NCBI GenBank assembly: GCA_051382305.1 | Contig: JBBCAV010000142.1 | Span: 1 to 25,490 of the forward strand | Source of the DNA: Bdellovibrionota bacterium FG-2 | Lineage (GTDB): Bacteria; Bdellovibrionota; UBA1018 | DNA: 25,490 nucleotides | Reading direction: 5' to 3' | Notes under the pieces: model-generated | Databases searched by the model: none | What the model was told of the DNA's origin: nothing | The model's input: the letters and a program-made list of their open reading frames with translations, nothing else | Shown here: piece after piece, positions 16,609-25,089 of the stretch | Position numbering within the stretch: the first letter of the stretch is position 1 | Layout of the letters: each line of letters begins with the position of its first letter | Program-made: the position numbers and the translations under genes

Positions 16609-18960
16609 ATGGTCGGGAAAAAGGCTGAAACGATTTTAAACGAAGCGGTACAGTACGCGTTCGAGCAGAGGCATGAGTATTTCACTCTGGAGCATGTCTT
16701 GTTGTGCCTGCTTTCGGATTCCTATGTTGTCCAGGCTATCCAAGCTTGTGGCGGCGATTTGCAAAGGCTTCGCGAGGAGACAGAACTTTTCTTGAAGAAA
16801 GAAGTTCCTTCTGCGCCACCCGAGTTTGAACACCCCGTGGCGACGTTGAGTGTGCAGCGCTTAGTTCAGCGCGCCCTTTTTCAAGTTCAGTCGGCCGGAA
16901 AAGAAGAGATTCAACCCATCGATCTCTTGGTTGCGTTGTTTCAGGCGCAGGACTCGCAGGCTCTTTTTCTGTTAAAAGGACAGGGAATTCAGCGATTGGA
17001 TCTTTTGAGTTTCATCAGTCATGGGGGGGCAGGGTCAGAAGGCGAATCCGAAATGGATGCTCCATCTCCCTCGGAAACCAAGAGTGCGCCTGAAGACTAC
17101 TTGAAAACTTTTTCTCAAAATCTGAATCAGTTGGCCGAACAAGGCGGGTTGGACCCGCTTATTGGTCGCGACGTGGAGATGGATCGTGTGATTCAGACTC
17201 TTTGCAGACGGCGTAAAAACAATCCGCTCCTAGTGGGTGAAGCGGGCGTTGGAAAAACTGCGATTGCAGAAGGTCTGGCCCAGCGAATTATGCAGGGCAA
17301 GGTTCCTGACTTATTGAAGGGTGCGGTTATGTATTCGCTCGAAATGGGCAGCTTAATCGCCGGAACTAAATATCGAGGCGATTTTGAGCAGCGCTTAAAG
17401 CGCTTGCTTGCGGAGCTTACGAAACTTAAAGAAAGAGGTGAAACCCCTATTCTCCTCGTCGATGAGATTCACACGCTGATGGGGGCGGGAGCTGTGGGCG
17501 GCGGGACTTTAGACGCCGCAAGTATCTTGAAACCGGCGCTCTCGCGAGGTGAGGTGCGTCTGATTGGGACGACGACGTTTTCAGAGTATCGCGCGACGAT
17601 TGAAAAGGATCGTGCTTTTGCTCGGCGGTTTCAGCGGATTGAGGTTGAGGAACCTAACGAAGAGGATTCAGTGAAGATCCTAAATGGGCTAAAATCTAAG
17701 ATCGAAGAGCACCATCAAATCCGCTTCACTTCGGCATCGCTCATCGCGGCGGTGAGCCTCGCCAAACGCTATCTCACCGATCGTTTTTTGCCCGATAAGG
17801 CCCTTGATGTTTTGGATGAGGCGGGGGCGAAAGCGCGCCTTATGGGTCAAACGACGGGCCAAACGGTAGGTACTGAAATTGGCGTGAGTGAAATCGAAGC
17901 AGTGGTCGCCCAAATCGCACGTGTCCCTATTCGCGCATTAAATTCCTCTGAAAAAGAAAATTTGCGGCATTTAGAGCGCAATCTCAGGCTGGCAGTTTTT
18001 GGTCAAAATCAAGGCATTGAAGCTCTTGTGACCGCAATTCGCCTCGCGCGCTCGGGCTTGCGCGGGGTGGAAAAACCGGTGGGGAGTTTCCTGTTTTGTG
18101 GACCCACGGGTGTTGGAAAAACTGAACTGAGCAAACAACTAGGGAGCGCGCTGGGAGTAACGTTTATACGGTTTGATATGAGCGAGTATAGTGAAAAACA
18201 TACTGTGTCTCGGCTCATCGGGGCGCCTCCGGGCTATGTGGGCTTTGAGCAACAAGGGTTACTCAGTGATGCGGTTTTGAAGAACCCTCATTGCGTTATT
18301 CTTTTGGATGAGATTGAAAAAGCCCACCCCGATGTTTGGAACATTTTGCTCCAGATCATGGATCATGGGATGTTGACCGATAATAATGGGCGCAAGGCGG
18401 ATTTTCGGAACGTTATTCTTATTTTGACCTCCAATGTCGGCTCCCGGGAAATGGATCGTAATCCGCTGGGGCTTGGGGCTTCGGAGGCGTTGCAGGCGGT
18501 GATGCCGGTGGTTCAGACTTCTGCTCAAAAAGCTGCGAAAAAGGCCGTAGAAGATACTTTTTCTCCCGAGTTTCGGAATCGATTTGATTCTATCGTCTAT
18601 TTTAATCCCCTAATCCCCGAGGCGATTGCGCTCGTCGTGGACAAGCAGCTCTGCGAGCTTGAAACGCAACTCCTTGCGCGCAATGTGGAGTCCGTTTTTT
18701 CGCCAGCGCTCCGAGCGTGGCTTGCCCATAAAGGCTATGATCGAAAACTCGGGGCCCGCCCTTTGGCCAGGCTCATTGGGGAGCGGATTAAGAAGGCTCT
18801 TGCCAATGAAATTCTGTTTGGGCGCCTTGAGCAGGGTGGTTTTGTTCGGGTGGGGTTGAGGGGGGATGAACCGGAGTTCGAATTCCAAAGTCGAGTTTCT
18901 TCAGATATTTCTTCGGATTTTCGGGCCGCAGAGGTAGCGGAATCCGAAATTTTGGTGTAG
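16609..18960 (+). CDS. clpA: ATP-dependent Clp protease ATP-binding subunit ClpA
   Basis: RHEYFTLEH N-domain, RRRKNNPLLVGEAGVGKT, GPTGVGKTE, RFDMSEY, SRLIGAPPGYVG, LGL ClpP loop; no coiled-coil M domain. Confidence 0.96.
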   Translation: MVGKKAETILNEAVQYAFEQRHEYFTLEHVLLCLLSDSYVVQAIQACGGDLQRLREETELFLKKEVPSAPPEFEHPVATLSVQRLVQRALFQVQSAGKEEIQPIDLLVALFQAQDSQALFLLKGQGIQRLDLLSFISHGGAGSEGESEMDAPSPSETKSAPEDYLKTFSQNLNQLAEQGGLDPLIGRDVEMDRVIQTLCRRRKNNPLLVGEAGVGKTAIAEGLAQRIMQGKVPDLLKGAVMYSLEMGSLIAGTKYRGDFEQRLKRLLAELTKLKERGETPILLVDEIHTLMGAGAVGGGTLDAASILKPALSRGEVRLIGTTTFSEYRATIEKDRAFARRFQRIEVEEPNEEDSVKILNGLKSKIEEHHQIRFTSASLIAAVSLAKRYLTDRFLPDKALDVLDEAGAKARLMGQTTGQTVGTEIGVSEIEAVVAQIARVPIRALNSSEKENLRHLERNLRLAVFGQNQGIEALVTAIRLARSGLRGVEKPVGSFLFCGPTGVGKTELSKQLGSALGVTFIRFDMSEYSEKHTVSRLIGAPPGYVGFEQQGLLSDAVLKNPHCVILLDEIEKAHPDVWNILLQIMDHGMLTDNNGRKADFRNVILILTSNVGSREMDRNPLGLGASEALQAVMPVVQTSAQKAAKKAVEDTFSPEFRNRFDSIVYFNPLIPEAIALVVDKQLCELETQLLARNVESVFSPALRAWLAHKGYDRKLGARPLARLIGERIKKALANEILFGRLEQGGFVRVGLRGDEPEFEFQSRVSSDISSDFRAAEVAESEILV

Positions 18961-19003
18961 GCCTAGGATACTCATTAAATATTTCTGAAGGAGCTAGAGC
19001 AAG

Positions 19004-19225
19004 ATGACCACCAAAAGTGAAGCAAAAACCGCGACGAAACCAGCAGCTGCCGCAGCCGGAACCCCTAAGTTATCCCGCAAAACCGTCAAGGCCAAGGGTC
19101 GCGTTAAGCGCAAAGAACGTCTGGTTAAGGATAAGGAATTTGCAAAAGCTTATTTCGCAGCTAAATCCAAACGCTCCGTAGACAAGAAGGCCGCGTTTCG
19201 AAAGAAGAAAACCAAGAAGAAGTAA
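19004..19225 (+). CDS. Small highly basic protein, function unknown
   Basis: AAGGAG RBS; 73 aa with 22 Lys, 6 Arg and 5 acidic residues. Confidence 0.75.
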   Translation: MTTKSEAKTATKPAAAAAGTPKLSRKTVKAKGRVKRKERLVKDKEFAKAYFAAKSKRSVDKKAAFRKKKTKKK

Positions 19226-19326
19226 AAAGGCGTGTGACGCAGAAGTAATTCCTTTCTTTGTTGCATTGCGTCAAAAAATCCTGTACATAGTCGATCGGAT
19301 CTCAATTCATTGGGAGGATCTGACTT

Positions 19327-20700
19327 TTGTTTCGACGCAGGGATTTCATTCATTTTGCGGTTTTGTTTGCCAGTCTAGCCGCACAAGATGTGGGGGCAGC
19401 GGGTTCGCTCGGCGTCGATTCGACGAGCTATCTTTTTGCGCCTGAAATTAAGCGTGAAAGCCAATTCAAATCAGTTCAGGCCCGTTGGGACGGCAGTTTT
19501 TCAGGTTCGATTTTCGAAGTAAAGGGGCGCTTTGAAGGGATCGCGATGGCACCAAAGCCTTCGCTTGATTTTGTCGATGTGCCTGAGGCCTATGTCGGAA
19601 CCTCCTCTCGATTGAGTCGGTTGCAGCTAGGAGTGGGGCGTAGGCTTGAGACCTGGAGTTCCTTGGATGATTCATGGAAACTAGGCCTCTGGCAGCCTCG
19701 GTTTAGGTGGGATTACCTAGATCCTCCGGCATCCGCGCTGGTGGGTGGAAACGTCATTATTCAAGATGGCTTTGTTCGCTTTGTGGCGCTGGCCTCGCCC
19801 GTCTATATTCCCGAGCGTGGGGTTCCCGTCACGGTTCGTGATGGTCATATTACGCCGTCGCTTCCTTGGGGAAGTGCTCCGAGTACGCAAGTGCTTCTCT
19901 TCAATCAGGCCACCCAAGTTCGATACAACGTGGTCATGCCTAACATTGAAAAAGTAGTGATGAATCCCGTTTATAGTGCCAAGCTTCGCTTGGGCAAAGA
20001 AATGGGGCCTTGGATTTCGGGCTCCTACGGATACAAACCGATGAATCAGATTCTGTGGGGCTATGAGGCTTATCTGGATCTGAATGCGCCCGAGCCGGAG
20101 GCGAACGTTACCCTGCATCCGCGGGTGGCTTATCACCAGCTTTTAGCCGTAGAGACTGGATTTAGTGCAAGATCCTTTGATTTTTCGTTGTCACTGCTTC
20201 AAGAAAAACCGGATCGAGATTTGACCCCAGGGGCTTGGACGACCCAAGAATTTACGGACACCCTGAGTGCAAGTCCCACCCTTTCGTTTCGTTTTGGCGG
20301 GTGGGCGCCTGATCCGGCTCTCATTAATGTGAGTTACTTGAGAGAATGGGGCGGAGTGATCAGTGGCGGGCAGGCGCCAGATAAGGGACCCATGGCGAGT
20401 GGAAACGATAGTGTTTTTGAAGGGCGCTATCCTTTTCAAAACGCTTTGAAATTAGGCGCTAAAACGAATCTTCCTGGATCCTGGGGTAGAAAATTTGGCT
20501 GGGATTTTCATTTGATTTACGACGTCGGTCACTCCGGGACCATTCTTTCGCATTTGCTCAGTTTTCGGGCTTTTGGCGGGGTGGAGTTTCGGCTGGGCGC
20601 GGATTTCTTGAGTTCGTTTCGAACGGATGACGGTACGGATTTTATTTCGCAATATCGCACTAATGATCGCATCCATGCGGGGATTTCTTATGTCTTTTAG
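19327..20700 (+). CDS. Putative outer-membrane beta-barrel protein
   Basis: GGGAGG RBS before TTG; signal peptide; alternating amphipathic strands; LQLGVGRRLETWS; C-terminal BAM-type signal HAGISYVF. Confidence 0.75.
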   Translation: MFRRRDFIHFAVLFASLAAQDVGAAGSLGVDSTSYLFAPEIKRESQFKSVQARWDGSFSGSIFEVKGRFEGIAMAPKPSLDFVDVPEAYVGTSSRLSRLQLGVGRRLETWSSLDDSWKLGLWQPRFRWDYLDPPASALVGGNVIIQDGFVRFVALASPVYIPERGVPVTVRDGHITPSLPWGSAPSTQVLLFNQATQVRYNVVMPNIEKVVMNPVYSAKLRLGKEMGPWISGSYGYKPMNQILWGYEAYLDLNAPEPEANVTLHPRVAYHQLLAVETGFSARSFDFSLSLLQEKPDRDLTPGAWTTQEFTDTLSASPTLSFRFGGWAPDPALINVSYLREWGGVISGGQAPDKGPMASGNDSVFEGRYPFQNALKLGAKTNLPGSWGRKFGWDFHLIYDVGHSGTILSHLLSFRAFGGVEFRLGADFLSSFRTDDGTDFISQYRTNDRIHAGISYVF

Positions 20701-23020
20701 AAATCCTATCCACCTCATTTTTAAGGGAGTCCTGACCGCTTTGGTGGTTTTTGGGGGCTGGGGATGTTCCGTTCATGAAAAAGAAGTGCCTGCGGCTGCG
20801 GCTCAGATTTCAGGAGGCGGGGCGAAGTCAACGGCCTGCCTTGGGGAGTCTTTTCAGACCTTCTTTGACTATTGTGAGGGCAAATCGTCAGAGGGGCAGA
20901 TTACTGCGGCCTACGATTGTATTTCGGATTCGCTCAAGCGTTTTACGGAACAGGCGCATGGGGCAAAGCCTGGGATTTATACGCCCGTAGAACTGACGAA
21001 GTTTTTGGAAAAATATTTTTTAGCGGACTGGAAGATTCCTGAGGGGTTGGTGACCGAAATCATGGAGTTGAAGCGCGGGCTTCTCGGAGGGGCTCCAGAT
21101 GTGATTTCTGCGAGTGAGATCGAAAGGCTTCGAAACCTATTTGAGCTGCTAAAGGTTGTCAGTATCCGGATGAGGCCTTTTCTTCCCCTCAGTGTTGAGG
21201 CCTATGAAAAGGTGAATGAAAAAAGGCTCGATGACCTCCGCGTCACGCTGGAGAGTGTGGCAGATGACTTGGGTAGTATTTTGCAGGAAACGGGATATCC
21301 CTACTATTTTTCGCACTTGGATCAGATCCTCAAGGAACTCGAGGCGATTGCGGAGTCTGGACAGAAACCCCATCCGATATTGACGGCGATGCGTTCGAAT
21401 ATTCCAACACTTTCTGCCTTGAAATCTATTCTCATCGCACCTTCGGGCGATCGGATCGCCGGAGGAGAGTGGGGGGAAGTTTTTTCGACGGCAGCTCGGT
21501 GGGGCGCTTGGATTTTTAGGGCGGCGCATTTTAAGAAAAACTATTCTGTTTTTATGTCAGGGGCGGGAATGGAGAAAGGTGTGACGCTTGCGCGAGAAGC
21601 GCTCAGTTATCTCGAGACTTCTGTTTCTCGACATCCGGGTGAAGTGATTGCTTTTATTGAAGTGGATGAGCTTTTCGCGTCCCTCAAACAAGGGGGGCTG
21701 CCCGTCACCGGCCAGACCGTTCGAAATTTTGTTCGTCCCCTGGTGCGTCGCATTTTAGGCGGCGTGGAGCGTGGGAGTCGAGGGCGCGCGGATAAGGGGA
21801 TTTCCCATGAGACCTTGCTTCGGGCGGGAAAAATTGTGGAGCATGTTTCCTCGGGGCAGCGTTTTCTCGATATGCTTTTCCCGTTTGTGGAGAACCAGGT
21901 TGGCCATGGAGGTTCCGGAAGTATTGGTTTTGTTGGCCAAGACTTACTACGGCCATCCCTGGAGCAGGTTTTGGGTCTCCCGGTTTCCAGTCTGAGTCCC
22001 GTCGCTTTGGACGTGGTTGCGCAAGTGCGGAAACTCATCAGTGAGCGGTACCCTTCTTTTTTCGGAGAAGATGAAGAAATTTCATTTGTCACTTCGGATT
22101 TGGATCGTAGGCTTTCACATCAAGGGCTTTCGAAGGTCTTCTTGATGAGTGAAATTTCCCACCTCTTGATTGAATCTTATGCCGAGGATGAAAAGAGGGC
22201 GGTCACGGTAGGGGGCCTAACGTTACCTGAATTTAAGACGCTGTACCAAGACGTCAAGGAACTGGGGATAGAGTTGCGGTATTTTGATCCTAATAACTCT
22301 TTGTCTGCGATTTCTCGATATCAAGAGGCGAATCTCTTTACCTTCGCCGCGAACGGGGATGAGATGCTTTCAGCGGCAGAGCTCACCCAAGAGCTTACCT
22401 TTATCCTTTCTGCCGAGCATCTCTCTCGTCGAATTCATAATGAGATCGCGACGCGCTGTCCGACAGGGCCGGAAGATGCATTTGGTTTTCCTGTGATTGA
22501 TTCAACTTGTTATCGGCGGGAGCTTTTTGGGGGATTTGAACATTACTGGGATCGTTTGGGCGGGGTTGCCAGCTATTACCGCAATGCAAAGAGTGAGGAT
22601 CGAAGTCTATTTGAACGGAACCTCGAAGGCGCAGCTCGCAAGAAAGGCATCTCGGAGACCCCAGTCGATTCGACAGACTCCGAGAGCTTTGCCATGATCC
22701 CGCATTATGTTGAGGCCATGTTTGCGCGATTTGATCGGAACCACTCTGGAACGCTGGATGTGAGCGAAGTGTTAGAGGGGCCCGATCCCATGTTTCCTAT
22801 TTTTAGGGATCTTCTCGAAAAAATGAGTGGTTTTCAAGATACGGATCGTTTGCAAGCGCTGCTCGTTTATCTTTTGAAAAATGGGGCGCCCCCTAAAATA
22901 TCAGCATCAGGCGCAATGAAGTTTTGGCTCTTTCGTCAGGCGCTTCCGTTATGGGAGATCGAGGCAGACCGGGGACGAATTATGGGGATTTTTGCCCTCA
23001 TGCTCATTGGCAAGTCTTGA
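20690..23020 (+). CDS. Large alpha-helical putative lipoprotein with EF-hand
   Basis: ATG 20690 overlaps the barrel gene end; signal peptide ending VFGGWG-C; canonical EF-hand loop DRNHSGTLDVSE (22733-22768) and degenerate AANGDEMLSAAE. Confidence 0.75.
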   Translation: MSFRNPIHLIFKGVLTALVVFGGWGCSVHEKEVPAAAAQISGGGAKSTACLGESFQTFFDYCEGKSSEGQITAAYDCISDSLKRFTEQAHGAKPGIYTPVELTKFLEKYFLADWKIPEGLVTEIMELKRGLLGGAPDVISASEIERLRNLFELLKVVSIRMRPFLPLSVEAYEKVNEKRLDDLRVTLESVADDLGSILQETGYPYYFSHLDQILKELEAIAESGQKPHPILTAMRSNIPTLSALKSILIAPSGDRIAGGEWGEVFSTAARWGAWIFRAAHFKKNYSVFMSGAGMEKGVTLAREALSYLETSVSRHPGEVIAFIEVDELFASLKQGGLPVTGQTVRNFVRPLVRRILGGVERGSRGRADKGISHETLLRAGKIVEHVSSGQRFLDMLFPFVENQVGHGGSGSIGFVGQDLLRPSLEQVLGLPVSSLSPVALDVVAQVRKLISERYPSFFGEDEEISFVTSDLDRRLSHQGLSKVFLMSEISHLLIESYAEDEKRAVTVGGLTLPEFKTLYQDVKELGIELRYFDPNNSLSAISRYQEANLFTFAANGDEMLSAAELTQELTFILSAEHLSRRIHNEIATRCPTGPEDAFGFPVIDSTCYRRELFGGFEHYWDRLGGVASYYRNAKSEDRSLFERNLEGAARKKGISETPVDSTDSESFAMIPHYVEAMFARFDRNHSGTLDVSEVLEGPDPMFPIFRDLLEKMSGFQDTDRLQALLVYLLKNGAPPKISASGAMKFWLFRQALPLWEIEADRGRIMGIFALMLIGKS

Positions 23021-24494
23021 CGAGAGTTTCAATTATGTTCTTAGCCCAATGATGCGCGTTGGCGCGGTGGATCTTTTCTTTCATGCTCACCATTCTTTGG
23101 GTGCGTTCCGTAATAGGCATTTTGAAGGCTCTGAGGAGTGCGTCCGCCAGATGCTCGGTATCGTATGGGTTGACCAGAAGGGATTCACTGAGCTCTTCGG
23201 CGGCTCCAGTAAATTGACTCAGGATGAGGCAGCCTTGTTCGGGTCTTTGGCACCAGACGTATTCTTTGGCAACGAGGTTCATGCCGTCATGGAGCGAGGT
23301 GACTAGGCATACCTCGCCGAGTTGATAGAAGCGTTGTACTTCGTCCCATTCAAAATGCCCCGACAAAAACACGATGGGTTTGTACGCGGGTGCTCCCGTG
23401 GGATCATCCGAGGCCTGAGCGAAGCGCGTGTTGATGTTTCGAACCCTATTTTGAATATCAAGAAGTAGGTTTTTGTAGGCAGGGATCGAGGAGCGACTAG
23501 GAGAGGCCATCTCGACATAAGTTACTTGCCCAATCTGTTCTGGATTCTTTTCAAAAAAACGCTCGATTGCGTCGAGTCGTTCGGGAAGCCCTTTTGTATA
23601 GTCAATTCGATCGACCCCAATTGCAATGTGAGGGGCCACTATCTTGTATTTTCTGCGAAGCGCGCTTTTTTCTTCTTCGCTCATGACGACAATAGGTGTC
23701 GTGTCGATGCCGATTGGAAAAACGCGAATTAGGGTTTCCTGGCCCCCGAAGTTAACGGAGCTATTGTTCCAATTGATGCGGGCCTCCGTTAAGGTTTTAC
23801 AGCTTTGAAGAAAATTTTCGCAGTGTTGCTGAGTGTGAAATCCAATGACGTCAGCACCAAGCATTCCGAAGAGGAGGTCTTTGCCCCAGGGGCAAATCTT
23901 GAAGGCTTCGCTGTGGGGCCAGGGAATGTGCCAAAATAATGCGATAGGGTTAGAATGATGCTCGCGCAGGATGCGCGGGAGAAGCGCAAAATGATAGTCT
24001 TGCACCAGGATAAGATCACCAGAGTTTTTTGGAATACACTCGGCAAACCGTTGGTTGACAGTCTTGTAATGTTGCCAGTCGTTTAAACGAAAGCGGGGCT
24101 GAATGTGCGCAAGATGACACAAAGGCCAGAGGCCCTCATTAGCAAAGCCGTAGTAGTAGCCCTGTTCTTCTTCTGCGGACAGCCAGACCCGTCTGAGTTG
24201 ATATTTGGGGCGCTCAGGAGGGACCGGTAGCTCTCCGCATGCTTCGGATAAGGGGGTACTATTGTTTGAGTCTTCGGAGCCGCTTCCGTGCGCAATCCAC
24301 ACGCCTCCGTGTTCTCGAAGTACGGGTTCAAGCGCCGAGACAAGACCACTGGCGGGCCGGAGCACCGTCGTCTGTCCTGCGATGTTTTCATGAATATAGG
24401 GTTCTCGATTTGCAATGACAATGATGCGCGCTAGGGCCTCAGAGGCTGGGCTTGAGATGGCGTGGAGTTTGGTTGGCTGGTAGTTCGGCAGCAT
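23004..24494 (-). CDS. otsA: Trehalose-6-phosphate synthase (GT20)
   Basis: IVIANREP, YYYGFANEGLWPLCH, VQDYHF, FWHIPWP, GVDRIDYTKG, DGMNLVAKEY, LSQFTGAA, VNPYD. ORF track starts at 24521; 24494 preferred because 24521 lies inside a sigma54-type motif. Confidence 0.92.
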   Translation of the reverse strand: MLPNYQPTKLHAISSPASEALARIIVIANREPYIHENIAGQTTVLRPASGLVSALEPVLREHGGVWIAHGSGSEDSNNSTPLSEACGELPVPPERPKYQLRRVWLSAEEEQGYYYGFANEGLWPLCHLAHIQPRFRLNDWQHYKTVNQRFAECIPKNSGDLILVQDYHFALLPRILREHHSNPIALFWHIPWPHSEAFKICPWGKDLLFGMLGADVIGFHTQQHCENFLQSCKTLTEARINWNNSSVNFGGQETLIRVFPIGIDTTPIVVMSEEEKSALRRKYKIVAPHIAIGVDRIDYTKGLPERLDAIERFFEKNPEQIGQVTYVEMASPSRSSIPAYKNLLLDIQNRVRNINTRFAQASDDPTGAPAYKPIVFLSGHFEWDEVQRFYQLGEVCLVTSLHDGMNLVAKEYVWCQRPEQGCLILSQFTGAAEELSESLLVNPYDTEHLADALLRAFKMPITERTQRMVSMKEKIHRANAHHWAKNIIETLVKTCQ

Positions 24495-24509
24495 GCGTTT
24501 TGGGGTTTG

Positions 24510-24525
24510 TGCAACCCACATGCCT
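24510..24525 (-). promoter_or_regulatory. Putative sigma54 promoter for otsA
   Basis: Minus strand AGGCAT-GTGGG-TTGCA (GG-N10-GC). Confidence 0.55.
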
Positions 24526-24529
24526 TCGA

Positions 24530-24546
24530 TTGGCTTCTCGTTTGCT
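24530..24546 (+). promoter_or_regulatory. Putative sigma54 promoter for the 144-aa secreted protein gene
   Basis: TTGGCTT-CTCGT-TTGCT (GG-N10-GC); predicted start near 24557, just before RBS GAGGTG (24560) and ATG 24573. Confidence 0.5.
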
Positions 24547-24572
24547 GAGAGTTTAAATTGAGGTGAATAATT

Positions 24573-25007
24573 ATGAAAAAGATGAAGGTCTGGAATTACA
24601 TTTTTATGGTGTGTGTTCTGGGGCTATCGGGTCAGAGTTGGGCAGAAGAGTTGTTGCCGCAGGAGCGTTCGCTCACCTTTTTTGGCCAAGTTATTGAGAT
24701 AACATCACAGGTCGTTGTTGTTAAGAATGGGTTAGGCACTCGAAAACTGAGGAGAACACCTGGAGATTCCACGCTGAGTCCAGATATTCAGCTGGGAGAT
24801 CACGTCATGATCATTGGCGGGGTGGGGCTAGATACGCAGGATGAGGTATTGCCAAGTGCAGCAGGCATCTGGAAAACGGGTTCTGCCTTTTTTGAGGCGC
24901 CCCGGCAGCAAGCGGGACAAGCGCCAAGCGAGCAGGTTGTAACACCGTCTGTGGCTCCGCTTGTCGTCCCTATTGTTGTGGATGATCGCGCATTCTTTCC
25001 CGGATAA
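24573..25007 (+). CDS. Secreted hypothetical protein, possible small OB-like beta domain
   Basis: GAGGTG RBS; signal peptide ending QSWA; G.V.EIT....VVVK...IQLGDHVMI pattern; C-terminal DDRAFF. Confidence 0.75.
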   Translation: MKKMKVWNYIFMVCVLGLSGQSWAEELLPQERSLTFFGQVIEITSQVVVVKNGLGTRKLRRTPGDSTLSPDIQLGDHVMIIGGVGLDTQDEVLPSAAGIWKTGSAFFEAPRQQAGQAPSEQVVTPSVAPLVVPIVVDDRAFFPG

Positions 25008-25023
25008 ATACGGTGAATGAACA

Positions 25024-25039
25024 TGGCACCCTGGTTGCA
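25024..25039 (+). promoter_or_regulatory. Sigma54 (RpoN) promoter
   Basis: TGGCAC-CCTGG-TTGCA, an exact match to TGGCAC-N5-TTGCW, intergenic and upstream of ATG 25090. Confidence 0.8.
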
Positions 25040-25089
25040 ACACGTCCGCAGTGAGACGAACCACACAATATTCCTCAGGAGGAACGATC

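Noticed and set aside
19235-19273. TGACGCA...TGCGTCA inverted repeat as a terminator or ncRNA
   Set aside because: 7-bp stem with a 25-nt loop followed by A-tract rather than T-tract on plus; no function can be supported.
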